Positions 52,312 to 64,000 of a stretch of DNA of 64,000 nt are shown here, piece by piece. The DNA comes from Ancylonema sp. Its lineage: Eukaryota. The translations under genes and the position numbers were made by a program. The stretch lies in the NCBI GenBank assembly GCA_050230475.1, contig JBFLGF010000039.1, forward strand, positions 1 to 64,000, in the 5' to 3' direction. Position 1 is the stretch's first letter, and each line of letters opens with the position of its first letter. The notes under the pieces were generated by a model, which did no database searches, was not told where the DNA came from, and was given only the letters and a program-made list of their open reading frames with translations.

Positions 52312-55300
52312 TATAAGCTTTTGAGTGATTAGACTTGCAGGAATATTTAGGTAGGCGACAAAACGAACCGTACGCAAAAGGATCTCTTTCACTGATGATC
52401 AACGATACAGGAGTTGCGTGTGTGGAACGAATTTATTATTGTGATTGCATCGGGGATGGTAATACCCGATGCGCTTTACAGTTTGTTGCGTGCCGACGGT
52501 CGGCACAATTGACCGTCGGCCTATCATTGCTGACAGCTCTTCTACATGTCAACGGCACATGCCGCATTTCTGACACGACTAAACTACAGTCACGACGCTT
52601 CGACCAAATAAGTCTCTAAGCGTCGGAAACATGTCAGGTGCCCGGGCACAAACTTGCCCGCCCCGCAACAGGCACATCTAGATATTGCTCCGTTAGAGTA
52701 ACCGGTCATCACAACTGGACTAGCACGAACATATGGCTATCCAAAATATTCTAACACACCCCCTCGGATGCCATGCTAAAGTTGGCATAGATGCAGACAT
52801 CAAAAGGAGTACCCAACTCATTGCCAAAACATGGCAGAACCATCACATAACATATAACAATTTTGGTCTTCCCTAGCATACAAGCGTGCTAGGGGATTCT
52901 ATCGATAAATGCAGCCGTTCGGAACGATCGGAAGACGACGATCGCTTCAGAAGACGATCGCTCCAGATCCTTAGTCGTTTTTCAGGCCGAAGCCCTGAAC
53001 ATACAAACAATGCCACAAGTAAGGCAAAAAACAAAAAAACTTATGAAAATATTTTTGATTTCTTAACTTTTTCAACTTCACGATTCTGAAAACTTCACAC
53101 TTTCCAGTTCTGAAAACTTCACACTTTCCAGTCAGAAAACTCTCAAAACATTCAAAATTACAAGTCCTATCAGCACCAACTTTTGACACAAGTTTTGCAA
53201 CAATGATTAGGACATACATACGAAAATTCAGAACAAACAGACAAGTTTAGAGTTGAGCAGATTCACACTTTCTGATTTTAAAGTGTCCTTAAGCGTTTTC
53301 AGGTGTCTTTTCGAGGTATGTGGGTGAAAGTGTGACTTAGCTGGATGAGCTGAAGTTGGTGTACCCTCCCCATTCCTTCTGCCTGAAAAGAAACATAACA
53401 ACGCATGGCATTCGAAACCTTCGATCATAAAAATAAAAGAAAACTACTGACACCCCCAGTTCAGTATAACCGTCCAAAACCTAGACTTTTGCTGTGTCTG
53501 TCCAGTAAAACTTGGGGGTAGAGCTTTAGTTAGCATATCTGCTGGTGTTGATTTGCGCCTCTGCAAGATACACATATTTTATTAGTCTCCCCGTGCTGTG
53601 TGGCATTCCCGTACCCACCCAGTGATATACCACATTAAAATGTTTTGCTTTCTGTCTGTCTTTGCACAGGATTCTGGATCATGGAGAGAGGAACTGAGGT
53701 TGAATCAGTGTGGATTGTGATTTGGTGTGGGAATTTGAGTTCTTTCAAGAGAGACGATTTAGATAACAGCATTCTTTAGACACACTACAGGCAGCAATAT
53801 ACTCAGCCTCAGCAGTGCTCTGTCTGTGCAACAGTTGACTCTGTGGACTTCCAACTCAGTGCTGTCCCCCCAACCGTGGTTACCCATCCAGTGACCTTGA
53901 CTTCCCTGTCATGCTACAACTGTTCCATGATGCATCGCAGTAAACCCTTTACTTCAAATGTGTCTTTTCCCACAAACGTCAGTCCGTGGTTGACAGTTCC
54001 CTTTAAGGTATCTGAAATAGTTGATTGTAGAAGCCCTTATGTGTGCCACCCCAGGATTCCCCATGTGTTTTGCCAGTACCCCAAGTGCATACCCGATGTC
54101 CAGTCTGGTTTGTTTCATGGCATATATGAGTGATCCCACTTTCCCACGAAAGTCTGTTATTTCTTCAGGGGTAGGGGGAAGAGTTGGTTCATCATTCTGT
54201 GTGAATTGAGTTCCAGGGGCGAGTGGGAGTTTGGTTGGATTACACTCATGCATCCCATAGCGTTCAAGCACTCCCCTTAAGAATCCTGACTGTCCCAGTG
54301 CGAGCAGTCTTCTCTGTCTATCCCTCTTCACTTCCACCCCCAGGATATGGGTTAGGGGACCCAGATCCTTAACTTTGAACTTTTTACCCCATATCTTCTT
54401 TAAAATTTTTGACGACCATTGCGTTAGGACCTGTGATCACCTTATCATCTACATGTATGCCCAGTATGATTCTGCTGTCTGCTTCCCCCCTCATATATAT
54501 ACATGTGTCCATTACGCACTGTTTAAACCCTTTCAGATATCATAAATTTTCTGAACATTTCCTGCCATACCGTGGCTACTCTGCTTTAGACCGTATAAAG
54601 CTCCCCTTCCGTCGTAAGACCTTTCCCTCAGCACCCCCATTGATATACATTACGTGGTGGTATTTTCATGTAAACTTCTTCCTCCAGACGTCCATGGCAG
54701 GAACGCTGTGATTACGTCCATCTGTTCCAGTTCCCAGTCATATTGGTTTGCTATAGAGAGGAGTAGGGTGATAGATGTACTGTCGATTACTGGTGCAAAT
54801 ACTTCATTATAGTCAATACCCTCTTGCCTGTAAGAACCCCTGTGCGACCAGTCTGACTTTATATCTTTCAATATCCCCCTGTGGTGTTGTTTTGACCTTA
54901 AACACATATCTGCACCCCACAGCCTTTTTACCTGGAGGAAGCACACACACCTCAAAGGTGTTGAACGTCTCCAGGGCTGCTAACTCCTCCACAATGGCCC
55001 TGTCCCACTGGTCCTCTCGCCTCATCATCGCATGGTTGATGAGTGGCTCGGAGGAGTTGCTGTTAGATGCTACGCACGCGTAGCCCGGACACAGGACCGT
55101 TGTGAAGCCAGTGTAAAAACTGCTGGGCTCCCACTCAGTCGCTGAATAGTTGGCGTGTGCTGCTGCGTCATCAAACTCCTCCCCATCACATCACATGAGG
55201 TCCCCAGACTCCGCAAAGTTGGCTCGCCTCCTGGCCACCATCACCCGATCATCTGCTACACTGCCAGGCTCCCCCACATCTGGGTTCGCACCCCCTCCTT

Positions 55301-58300
55301 GCACCTCCTCCTCCCCTGCATCTCCACCTCCTGCCGTTGTTGATCCCTGATTGGCTTCAGACAGCACAATCGTGGCGTTAGAGACCTCAGCAGCTTGTGG
55401 CTGGAAGTTGTCGTGCGGATAGTCGTTGGCAGCTGCTGGCTCAGGGACTGCTGGTTCTGCTGGTGCTGGGATTGGCTGCAGAACTGCTGGCATCGGTTGC
55501 AGAACTGCTGCTGCTGGCATGTTGGGGTGGACTGCTGCTGCTGGCATGTTGGGGTGGACTGCTGCTGCTGGCACAACTGCTGCAGCTGGTTCATCTTCAG
55601 GGTCGGGGAAAAGGTAGAAAAAGTGTTTTTCTGCTGCCTCCTGAATCTGGGGAGCTCTCCCCCCCATCAGCTTCGGGTACCCCGGCACCTCCTCAAAGAA
55701 CCTCACGTCCATGCGTGATATCACCCCAGCTCTATGGGGATCGAAAACATTGTAGCCTGCACTCCCCGCAGCCATCCCCAGAAACACACCAAAGCAAGTA
55801 CGAGGGGCAAACTTGTCCCCTTGACTGTTCTTTTCCCCCCCAACCTTCAAATATTGGACCAGACACCCGAAATTATGACTTTTGTTAACTGTCATTCTCT
55901 TCCCCTCCCAGACCTCAATTGGAATTTTCCCAGAAAGCGACTTAGTGGGTGTTCTATTCCTCAACCAGTTTGCATGTAACAATGCCACGTCCCAATAAGA
56001 CTTCGGTAGACCTGACCAGATTAAGATGCATCGCATTTTTTCTGTCAATGTTCTTCGGTTCAGTCTTTCACAGATTCCATTTTCAGGACTATATGCTTCT
56101 GTGGTTTGCTTATCAATACCCTTCCCCCCACAGTAGTTTATCCAGTCCTGAGACATACTCCCCTCCCTTATCTGTCCGAAGAGACTGTAGGGGCAGACCC
56201 GACTGGACCTCGAGAGCAATTGTATAGTGACTCTTGCTTTGCCCGATTTAGTGCTTCATCCTTTGTTTTTAACAAGCTCACAAATGACAGACGTGTGGAT
56301 ACCTCGATCCCTGTTTGAGCATATGTATACCCTCCGTTAGCTGACTTCACAGACAGTGGCCCAATGAGATCTAGGTGAATGCGACCCATCTTGGGGCATG
56401 TCCCCAGATCTGCACTGACCTTAGCATGACTGAGCTGAGTCATCTTCCCCTGACAGCAAACCTGACATCCCTTTACTTCAGTTAATTCCCCCTGACTTAA
56501 CTCTGGGATGTCCCCACGTCTGGCGAAATCTGACATCACATCAGAACTGGGGTGACCCAATTTGTGATGCCAGACCATGCCTGTGGACAAATTCGCTGTA
56601 GTATCATGAGATCCAGGCATAACGATTGTGGCAGCAAGCAGAGTCAGACCACTAGGCTGCTGCAACACATCAGCCCATTTCACATTTCCCTTGTTTAATT
56701 CAGGACCCGTGGGCAGCTGTAGAAAGCTCAGCCCACCTCTTCTGACGAGGCACGATGTCGACACGAGGGTGCAGGCAAGGTTGGGACGTGGATCGAGCTG
56801 AGTGGCTGCACAAAGAAAGCGTCGCCATTCCTCACTCGGATGTGCACGAAACCAGCCCTCCACCTTGTGTGACGAGCCGTCAGCAGTGGTGATGTAAAGG
56901 CCTGCTGCGTGCTCAGGGTAGGTGTGTACTCCACAAAGTGTTCACGTGCCGTGAAAATGTGGTCGGTAGCACCTGAATCCAGGATCAGGGAGTCTGAGTG
57001 AGGACCAGCAGACATTGCCCGGGCAACATTGAACGAGAAAGCACCGAATGCTAAATAATCCACATTAGCGTTGAAGGGTTTGTCAACAAAGCGAGCAAGT
57101 CTAGCTTGTGCATCAGCCCTCCTAGCAGCCTCTGGGTTCATTAGAGCCATGTCAGATGTTCTTTTTCTGCAATGTTCAATTGTGTGACCGACAATGTTGC
57201 AATATCTGCACTTTTGCCTCCCCCCTGAACTTCCCTGAGTAGCGTGCGCGACATTTCCAGCTGCTGGTGATGACGCAGGGCAGTGAGCAGCTCGGTGGCC
57301 TGCGTGGTGGAACCTGTGACATTTCCATGGCCCCGCATGACCTCCGCCAGATGCTGGTGAAGGGCAGTTCGCTCTGATGTGCCCGAATTTGTGGCAGCCG
57401 AAGCATTCGACGCCTGCAGCGTCTCTGCGACCAGCTCCAGTCGCACCACCAGATCTGCTGCTACCTCCAGCTCCATTCCCCCCCCCAGGTCCGCCATAAT
57501 GCGCCTGGTGTCCTCCGGGCAGCGCCCGCCTTTTTCGATCGTTCAGCTCTTTCCGCACGTCGTCGCGAAGCAGCGCACTCACGATGTGTGGAATCGTGAG
57601 AGGTGTGGCGACGACTCGCGACCATGGCATCAGCGTTGAAACCATCGGACTGTAATGCGTGTTCAGCGAATTTAGCAGGTTAAACGCCTGCTTCGTTGGA
57701 GAAACTGGTGCCCCCAGATTCTTCAGGTCCTGGTGCAGCTGCTGCAGACGCTTCACGTACACGTTGAGGTCCTCTGCCTCCGTCTGAATGATAGCGCTCA
57801 GCAATGCCTCCGTATTTGCGATCTCGATCGCACCCTGCACCTGGTAGAATGTCCGCAGAGCATCCCACATGCCGGCAGCGGTCGTGCAGTCAGTGACGTG
57901 CGTCAGCTCCGATGGCCCCAGGTGCTTCACAATATAAGACATAGCAGCCAGATTGTCCTCGTCCCATTTCTCGAGCTCCAGCAGCTGCTGGGAAATCTGC
58001 TGTTGTCGCACCAACACTTCGACATCCACGTCGATCCCCCTGGCGGCAAATTGCAGCTCGTTATCAGGTGTCAATGGAAGGATCACGTCTGCGCGACACT
58101 TTCGCGGCAAGCTGTCCCAATCCATCACCAAACGGTGCAGTTTCTTATCCGCCCCAGCCCATACTTGACCTTGAAGGCCCATCCTGTCAGCTCCAGTAAA
58201 TTGAGGGATTTGCGACCTATCCGACATTATGGCAGCTATTGTGTAGGACTTTACAAAAATTCTCGCACAGCTCGAGTTCCTCAGTGCAATTCCTGCACTG

Positions 58301-58933
58301 CAGCACACAGCTCAGAAACTTGCAGCGCAATATCAGAATTACGTGCAGACCTTAACAACCACGAATATATTTGCGCTCACTGACTGGCAGAATATACCGT
58401 TCACAGAGATTACCGCAGACCGCAGCGAAATCGCGTGGAGCCTTTAGTTTTTTACCTACACGAACTAGACCGCACGTGGGCCCTTAACCTATAAGCTTTT
58501 GAGTGATTAGACTTGCCGGAATATTTAGGTGGGCGACAAAACGAACCGTACGCAAAAGGATCTCTTTCACTGATGATCAACGAGACAAGAGTTGCGTGTG
58601 TGGAACGAATTATTATTGTGATTGCATCGGGGATGGTAATACCCGATGCGCTTTAGTAATACCCGATGCGCTTTACAGATTGTTGCGTGCCGACGGTCGG
58701 CACAATCTGACAGCTCTTCTACATGTCAACGGCACATGCCGGACATTTCTGACACGCTAAACTACCAGTCACGACGCTTAACCAAATAACGTCTCTAAGC
58801 GTCGGAAACATGTCAGGTGCCCGGGCACAAATTGCCCGGCCCCGCAACGGCACATCTAGAATTTGCTCCGGTTAGAGTACCGGTCACACTGGACTAGCAC
58901 GCATAACATATGGCTATCCAAAATATTCTAACA
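52312..58933 (-). mobile_element. Ty1/copia LTR retrotransposon C (same lineage as A)
   Basis: LTRs 52312-52756 and 58490-58933 (TGTTAG...TATA); TSD GGGTG (52307-52311, 58934-58938); PBS GGTTAAGGGCCCAC; PPT GAGGGGGTG. Confidence 0.95.
53461..58227 (-). pseudogene. Copia C gag-pol (gag-PR open ~58227-56890, pol frameshifted)
   Basis: Three knuckles, ILDSGATDH, WHHKLGH, RIHLDLIGP, NGICER, YKVRLVAQGF, HVDD, DMLTKAL. Confidence 0.92.
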
Positions 58934-59684
58934 GGGTGTGGGCCTACAGGCCACCCCTAGTCGGGTTCCTCCGTGGTTCCCATTGCGTGATTGAAGCGTA
59001 GGAATGAAACGTGGACTGCTCTTGTATTGTAGGCTAGGTATCGAGTATAAGTTGTATTTTTGCACAATAAGGACACGATGCAGCTGTAGCCACTGTAGGC
59101 AACTCTACTTGTTCATATTCCATGAAAAAAACAAGTAGGCGGTAGACTGTAGGCTTTCACTCGTTTTCATTTTGATACAAGCCCCTCGAAATACAATAAA
59201 AACTCCTGCTACATCTTAAAAAAATACCCCTTGCCTTTGCCGCTTTCTCTACATACACTACTATCAATCGCTTTACGCACACACTTTCCGCATTCTAATT
59301 TACACACCTTGTATATGGACACCCACCGTTTCCATAATCAACGCACTAATATGTTTCACCACCAGAACCTTCCTTTCACTTTTGTAACCTAGTTGATCCC
59401 AGGTTCATTGAGTTTATTTGATACTTGATCACTATCCACTAAATAGTGTACCACTCATTGGCCATAAAACCACTTTTGCTCCATCATTACCGCCACGTTC
59501 ACATGTGTGCCACGAGGCACAACCTGCGAATCATGTAGAAGAGACACAAGCGAATGTGATGCATGTATAACACAAGTATATACTATACACGTACGTACTA
59601 GTTTTCACACGTTTTCACAAGTTTGCACTTGAGACCACACCATAATTTGTGCATCTCATCAAAAATGTAAAACGGCCATTAAGT

Positions 59685-61652
59685 TCACACTTCCCCTTCC
59701 ACGTGTCCCAAACGGACTTCATTGTGCCACTCCATCTCCCCCTTCAATCGCATTCCCAAGCCTACCTTCGTTTCCGCCTCGGTTTCGGTTTCCCTCCGCT
59801 CCTTCCCCAACACCGCGGCGAGCCACTGCCTTAACTTATGAATCGGGCTTATCTTTTTGCCCGAGTTATGGGGAAGGAGAACCGCCATCTCCTCTCCTTC
59901 AAATCCGTTGAGGGTGACACTAGAAGGAAAGGATTTCTCGTCTTCCACCTCCTCGCGTGCATCGTCGAGTGGGTCACCACCTGTCATCTCCCGTTCACCC
60001 ACGCCACAATCGTCCGCTTGCAAACGAAGGACTCCACCTTCTTCCGTACTAGGCTCCAACTCCCCACCCTCCCACTCGAGGGCCTCTCCCAAAACCTCCC
60101 CTCCTTCCTCCAATCCAAAGAAGGATGGTTCTTCTCCTTGCCGACACCTTCCTTCATTCTCGGTATGTGCCCCCTCCTCATCCCACTCCGGTGCCTCCCT
60201 TTGATGTGCCCCTTCGTTGTTCGGCTCAAAAACGGATTGTTCTCCACTCCATTTCGCCTCGCCCAACACCAACTCCTACCTTCCCACATACACAAGAGAC
60301 GTGTCAGTAATAAATCGCAAGTGAAAATGAAACATGAAGGGGAATCAAAGATAAAAATAAAAATAAGTCCAAAAGAAAATGAAGAGTTATCTCCTCTTCG
60401 ATCCGTCATCACAACAAGTCAAACCACGGTGTGAGCACTTTTTGTAATGCCATTATAGATCGTTGTGTGAATATTCACCACCACTCTTCCTCTTACCTCT
60501 CCGCCTCCGAATTTTGGAGAAGATGCCTCGTTGCTCCACACTTCCTCCTCCTTCGTGAAAATTCCGTCAAAACTCGCCCCCAAACTCGATGGATTACTTT
60601 CGTCCGATAACGGGATGGTGGTGACGGTGGCGTTGGGGTGACTTTGTGAGACACAAGATGCCCCCCGGAACGTGAAGTCTCGTCGGCCGCCGATACTTTG
60701 AAACCAAACATGTTCTATAGCTTTTGTACAACTCGTGCGCTAGCTCCGGCTTTTCATGACCAGGTTGCTAGCCAAGTCAAGAACAGCACCAGAGAGCGGT
60801 TCTCCTACCCTCTCTTTTACGATGCTTCCAAACGGGTCATGCTGGTGCATTATGAATTTGGAGGCGACCGTCTCCTCGTCATCGAACGGTTTCCAGTCGA
60901 ACGGTCATTTTTCTTCATTTTTCATTTTTCCGGTGACCAACTCCGTCAACATAACCCCACACGCAAATGCATCTACGGCGCACGTGTACGGGACTTTGGG
61001 TTGTGAGAGTTCGGGGGCGGCGTAGAACTTAGTGACGCCCCCTCGGCGGACGCGGTCCTCTAATCCCACCCGAGCATTCCCAAAATCCGTTATAAAACAC
61101 CTCGGGGATGGACTCCCCTACGACCAACGGACCACGACATATGATATTGTCGGGCTTGATGTCGGCGTGAATGATTTGTCGGCCATGCATTGCGGACAAC
61201 CCCTCGAACACTTGTCGGAGGACGAACTTTGCGTCCTCTTTGTTCATCCTCCCCCCCGCCGCCTTCACTTGCCTCCTGAGACTCCCGCCCTCACCCAAGT
61301 CCATCACCAAGTCGATGTCACATTCGCCTTGGTACCACCCTCGAAGGCCCACCACTCCGGGCAACCCGTGCACAACATTGAGAGCCTCTCCTTCTCGGAG
61401 GGCCATCCCTTTCCTCTTGTTCCTCTTGATCGAATCTCTCGCTTTTGCCGACTCACTCCTTGCGGCATCCGCTTTTATTGTCATCCGCTTGAGCGCGAAC
61501 CGGCGCCCAGTGCCCTTCTCCACCGCTTCGTACAGAGTGCCCAAGCCCCCTTGGCCGATTGCGTTCTCGATGATAAAGTCATCTCGGATGTCTCTCACGA
61601 GTAGGGTAACATGGTCGTTTGCGGCGATCGGGGTGGAAGCAAGTGCATCCAA
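59685..61652 (-). pseudogene. Ser/Thr protein kinase pseudogene (CAMK-like fold) with acidic C-terminal tail
   Basis: IGQGGLG, FALK, HADIKPDN, then a frameshift at ~61094 into ITDFGNA..YAAPE..DAFACG; in-frame TGA (60907-60905) and TAG (60742-60740); donor GAG|GTAAG at ~60496. The 5' end and the 3' exons are approximate. Confidence 0.85.
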
Positions 61653-61889
61653 TGGCCGCTTTGCTTTGCCTTGGAAAAGACATACCGTTTCGTTAACCGG
61701 GTGATACGGAGCCGCGATTGCTACATCTCCGCCCCCCTAAAAAGAGAACACGGAGGGTACAAGGCCGAAAGCACGGAAGGTCAAGGATGGAAGAAAAGTT
61801 TTGGAGATATTTGGTTGACATTATATTTATTCGCGTTCGATTTCTCGGAGTTACAAAGACCATAATTAGCATGCGGGGAACCCACTCAA

Positions 61890-63700
61890 ACGGCCTAGGC
61901 TCCTGGCTCGCGTGGATCCGAGCTCCAAGATTGGACCCCAAAGCCGAGCCTAGAAGCTCGAGTTCGGATTGCGGCCCGGAGTTACACAAAACTTACAAAA
62001 CTTCAAATGAAACCCAAAATAGATCATAACCGTTATCAATCCTCGGGTCCGAGCCCACGAGCCCGCAGCCTCTAGGCACAGCTCTGGGCTTGCTGAGCTC
62101 TGAGCCGGAGTCCAAAGACCGCTTTGGAATCCGGGCTCAGGTGAGCCCGGAGTCTCTGGGCTACAGGGTCCGGGCTATGGTATCTCGGCTGAGCACCGAG
62201 CTCGCTAAGCTCCGAGCCTAGATTCCAAAGAGGTATTTGGCGTCCTGGCTCAATGAGTCCTGAGCTTCGTGGCCATAATCTGTTGTTGGTATTTTCAGCG
62301 CATTTCAGAGCAGAGCATACTCGGCAGACCATAGCAAAAAAAAGAATTAAAAAAAAATGTAAAAAAATGTAGCATGCGTGTGGTGTTTTAGAGCAGAATA
62401 TTGACAAGTATTGGCACATTTTAAAGCTATCGGTCGCCTTACCTCTAGGCATTGAAGAGCAGCAGGTGCGGTCATGTGATTTTGTCCATGGCCTACACCG
62501 TCATACATCGCCTCCGACGTGGCCGCTATTTGTAGTGGGCTGGCCACACCAGCGGCTCGAGTGACTTGCGTCGTCAAATATTTTGTTGCGGGGACGTGTA
62601 GATACATGGGCAGGAGGGCGAGGATCCGAGAGCGTCGTGCTGCGGGGACACGTTCACCGTGTCGCGCGTCCCTTGTAACGAGGTCCTGGCAGGGAGGATC
62701 TCTGGAAGATTTTCGAACAGCGTGCAAAGCGGTCGACATCGTAGGCGAAGAAGGCAGCATCTGGGAAATAATGCGTACGGCTGTAAAAATATGACTTTGA
62801 GTGAAGCGGAGTCGGTACAAGTTTCTTGATGCTTTCAGGTCCCAGCTGTTCACAAAACAGAGTCTGCTGAGAGTCTGCTGAGAGTCTGCTGAGAAATAAA
62901 TGTAAGCAGTATTGAGCGTTGAATCGTAGACCAGCATAAAATTTGTGTTCTGCGAAGACGTCGATCAAGCGCTCTGAGAAGACGCGTGCGAGAAATTGCG
63001 GCCGCCTGTGGGGATTACGCGATCAGGCGTCTAGTGGAATGTGGTACCGCTAGGGAACGTGCCGAGAAACAACCTGACGGTATCTTCCCAACGGTAGGAC
63101 GGATATTTTGTTCGAGAATAATATCCTGTTCACACGCTCTGGTTTCGGAACGAGATCGCGCGGTGCCATGACGAGGGATTGCACGGAGCCTGTCAGGAAC
63201 CGGGAAAAGTGGAGGGGCGGGCCTTCGGCGAACTCTCCCCAGTCGAGCGGACAGGCCTCTCCGAGACGGAGCTGCCTTCGCAAGACGACAAACTTTTCGG
63301 AATTTAGGTGCTAATAATTTCAAGTTGGCGGCGATTGCGGACGTCCGTCCGATTCGATTCGCTTCGATAGACCGATATTTGTTATAGCGCGGGTGAACCA
63401 TGGCGGTGTCGGACATACCGATCAACGTTTTCACACCGAGGGGCCAATCACCGCCCAAATTCACGCACTGCGCCTTCCACGTGGCCGGGCGGGAGATGCC
63501 TATTCTTGCGCGGGACAAGTGGAGCGTTCTCCGATACAATTCTGCCATTTTCCCCCGCAATCCCACGTCTTCACTCCATATGCCTTTAGCACCTGTAGCA
63601 GGTTGCGAACTCCTGTATCTGCGCGAATCGTCCACTTTCCTTGATCAATCCAAAGAGAAGACAGATTGACCGTGCCGTTCCATTTATCGTGCCAAGAGTA
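61890..63700 (-). mobile_element. Degenerate hAT-like transposon remnant
   Basis: Dense GAGC/GCTC subterminal-type repeats at 61890-62270; the minus-frame peptide RILALLPMYLHVPATKYLTTQVTRAAG resembles the hAT C-terminal dimerisation motif (LA..YL.IPATS..SER.FS.AG). Confidence 0.45.
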
Positions 63701-64000
63701 ATTTCCGTAATTTAGGCCAACCAGAGTCCATTAGGCCAGGAGTCAGAGTCCGGGACCAGAGTCCTCCCGAGCTCTAACACAGAAGCCTGCAAACCGAATC
63801 TTTGGTCCACGCAGCAGGAGCGGAACCCCTCCCAAAGTGGTAAGCAAAACATGAACGGACCCTCTTTTCACGAAATCTTCCCATGCTCACTTCCTCGGAA
63901 CCAACAATATTTCAGGTACATGAACGCGAGACTTTCTGCATGGAAAAGGAACGGTATCTAAAAATCGACTGAAACAACTTTGTCCAGGGTGCATACGTGG

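Noticed and set aside
63015..63635. 206-aa ORF as a functional gene
   Set aside because: No motif, GTG start; probably part of the degenerate hAT-like remnant.

Overview
This is eukaryotic, plant-lineage nuclear DNA, probably a streptophyte alga or early land plant (inference from GT-AG introns, plant-type gene families and primer-binding sites matching plant tRNAiMet). Four host genes can be reconstructed exon by exon: a zinc-finger DEDDh/REX4-like exonuclease (-), an FkbM-family methyltransferase (+), a C2-domain protein with a long low-complexity tail (+) and an 11-exon MOCS3/UBA4/CNX5 gene (-). There is also a tRNA-Asn(GTT) and a Ser/Thr kinase pseudogene. Roughly 14-37 kb is a nest of LTR retrotransposons: an old LTR family, two Ty1/copia elements, and a chromovirus inside one of the copias. 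A third copia lies at 52.3-58.9 kb. A TA-flanked MITE and hAT-like remnants are also present. Most notable observations: (i) two related copia elements with half-tRNAiMet priming, TG...TA LTR ends, HVDD RT, three zinc knuckles and a 35/37-nt conserved acceptor-like block in the 3' UTR; (ii) a chromovirus whose LTR carries a perfect Pol III B-box, which lacks a recognisable gag, has an extra element-derived piece at one junction and a filler apparently templated from the host copia LTR; (iii) introns bracketed by 5' G-runs and 3' C-runs that could base-pair. All family assignments come from motif recognition by eye; no database searches were run.
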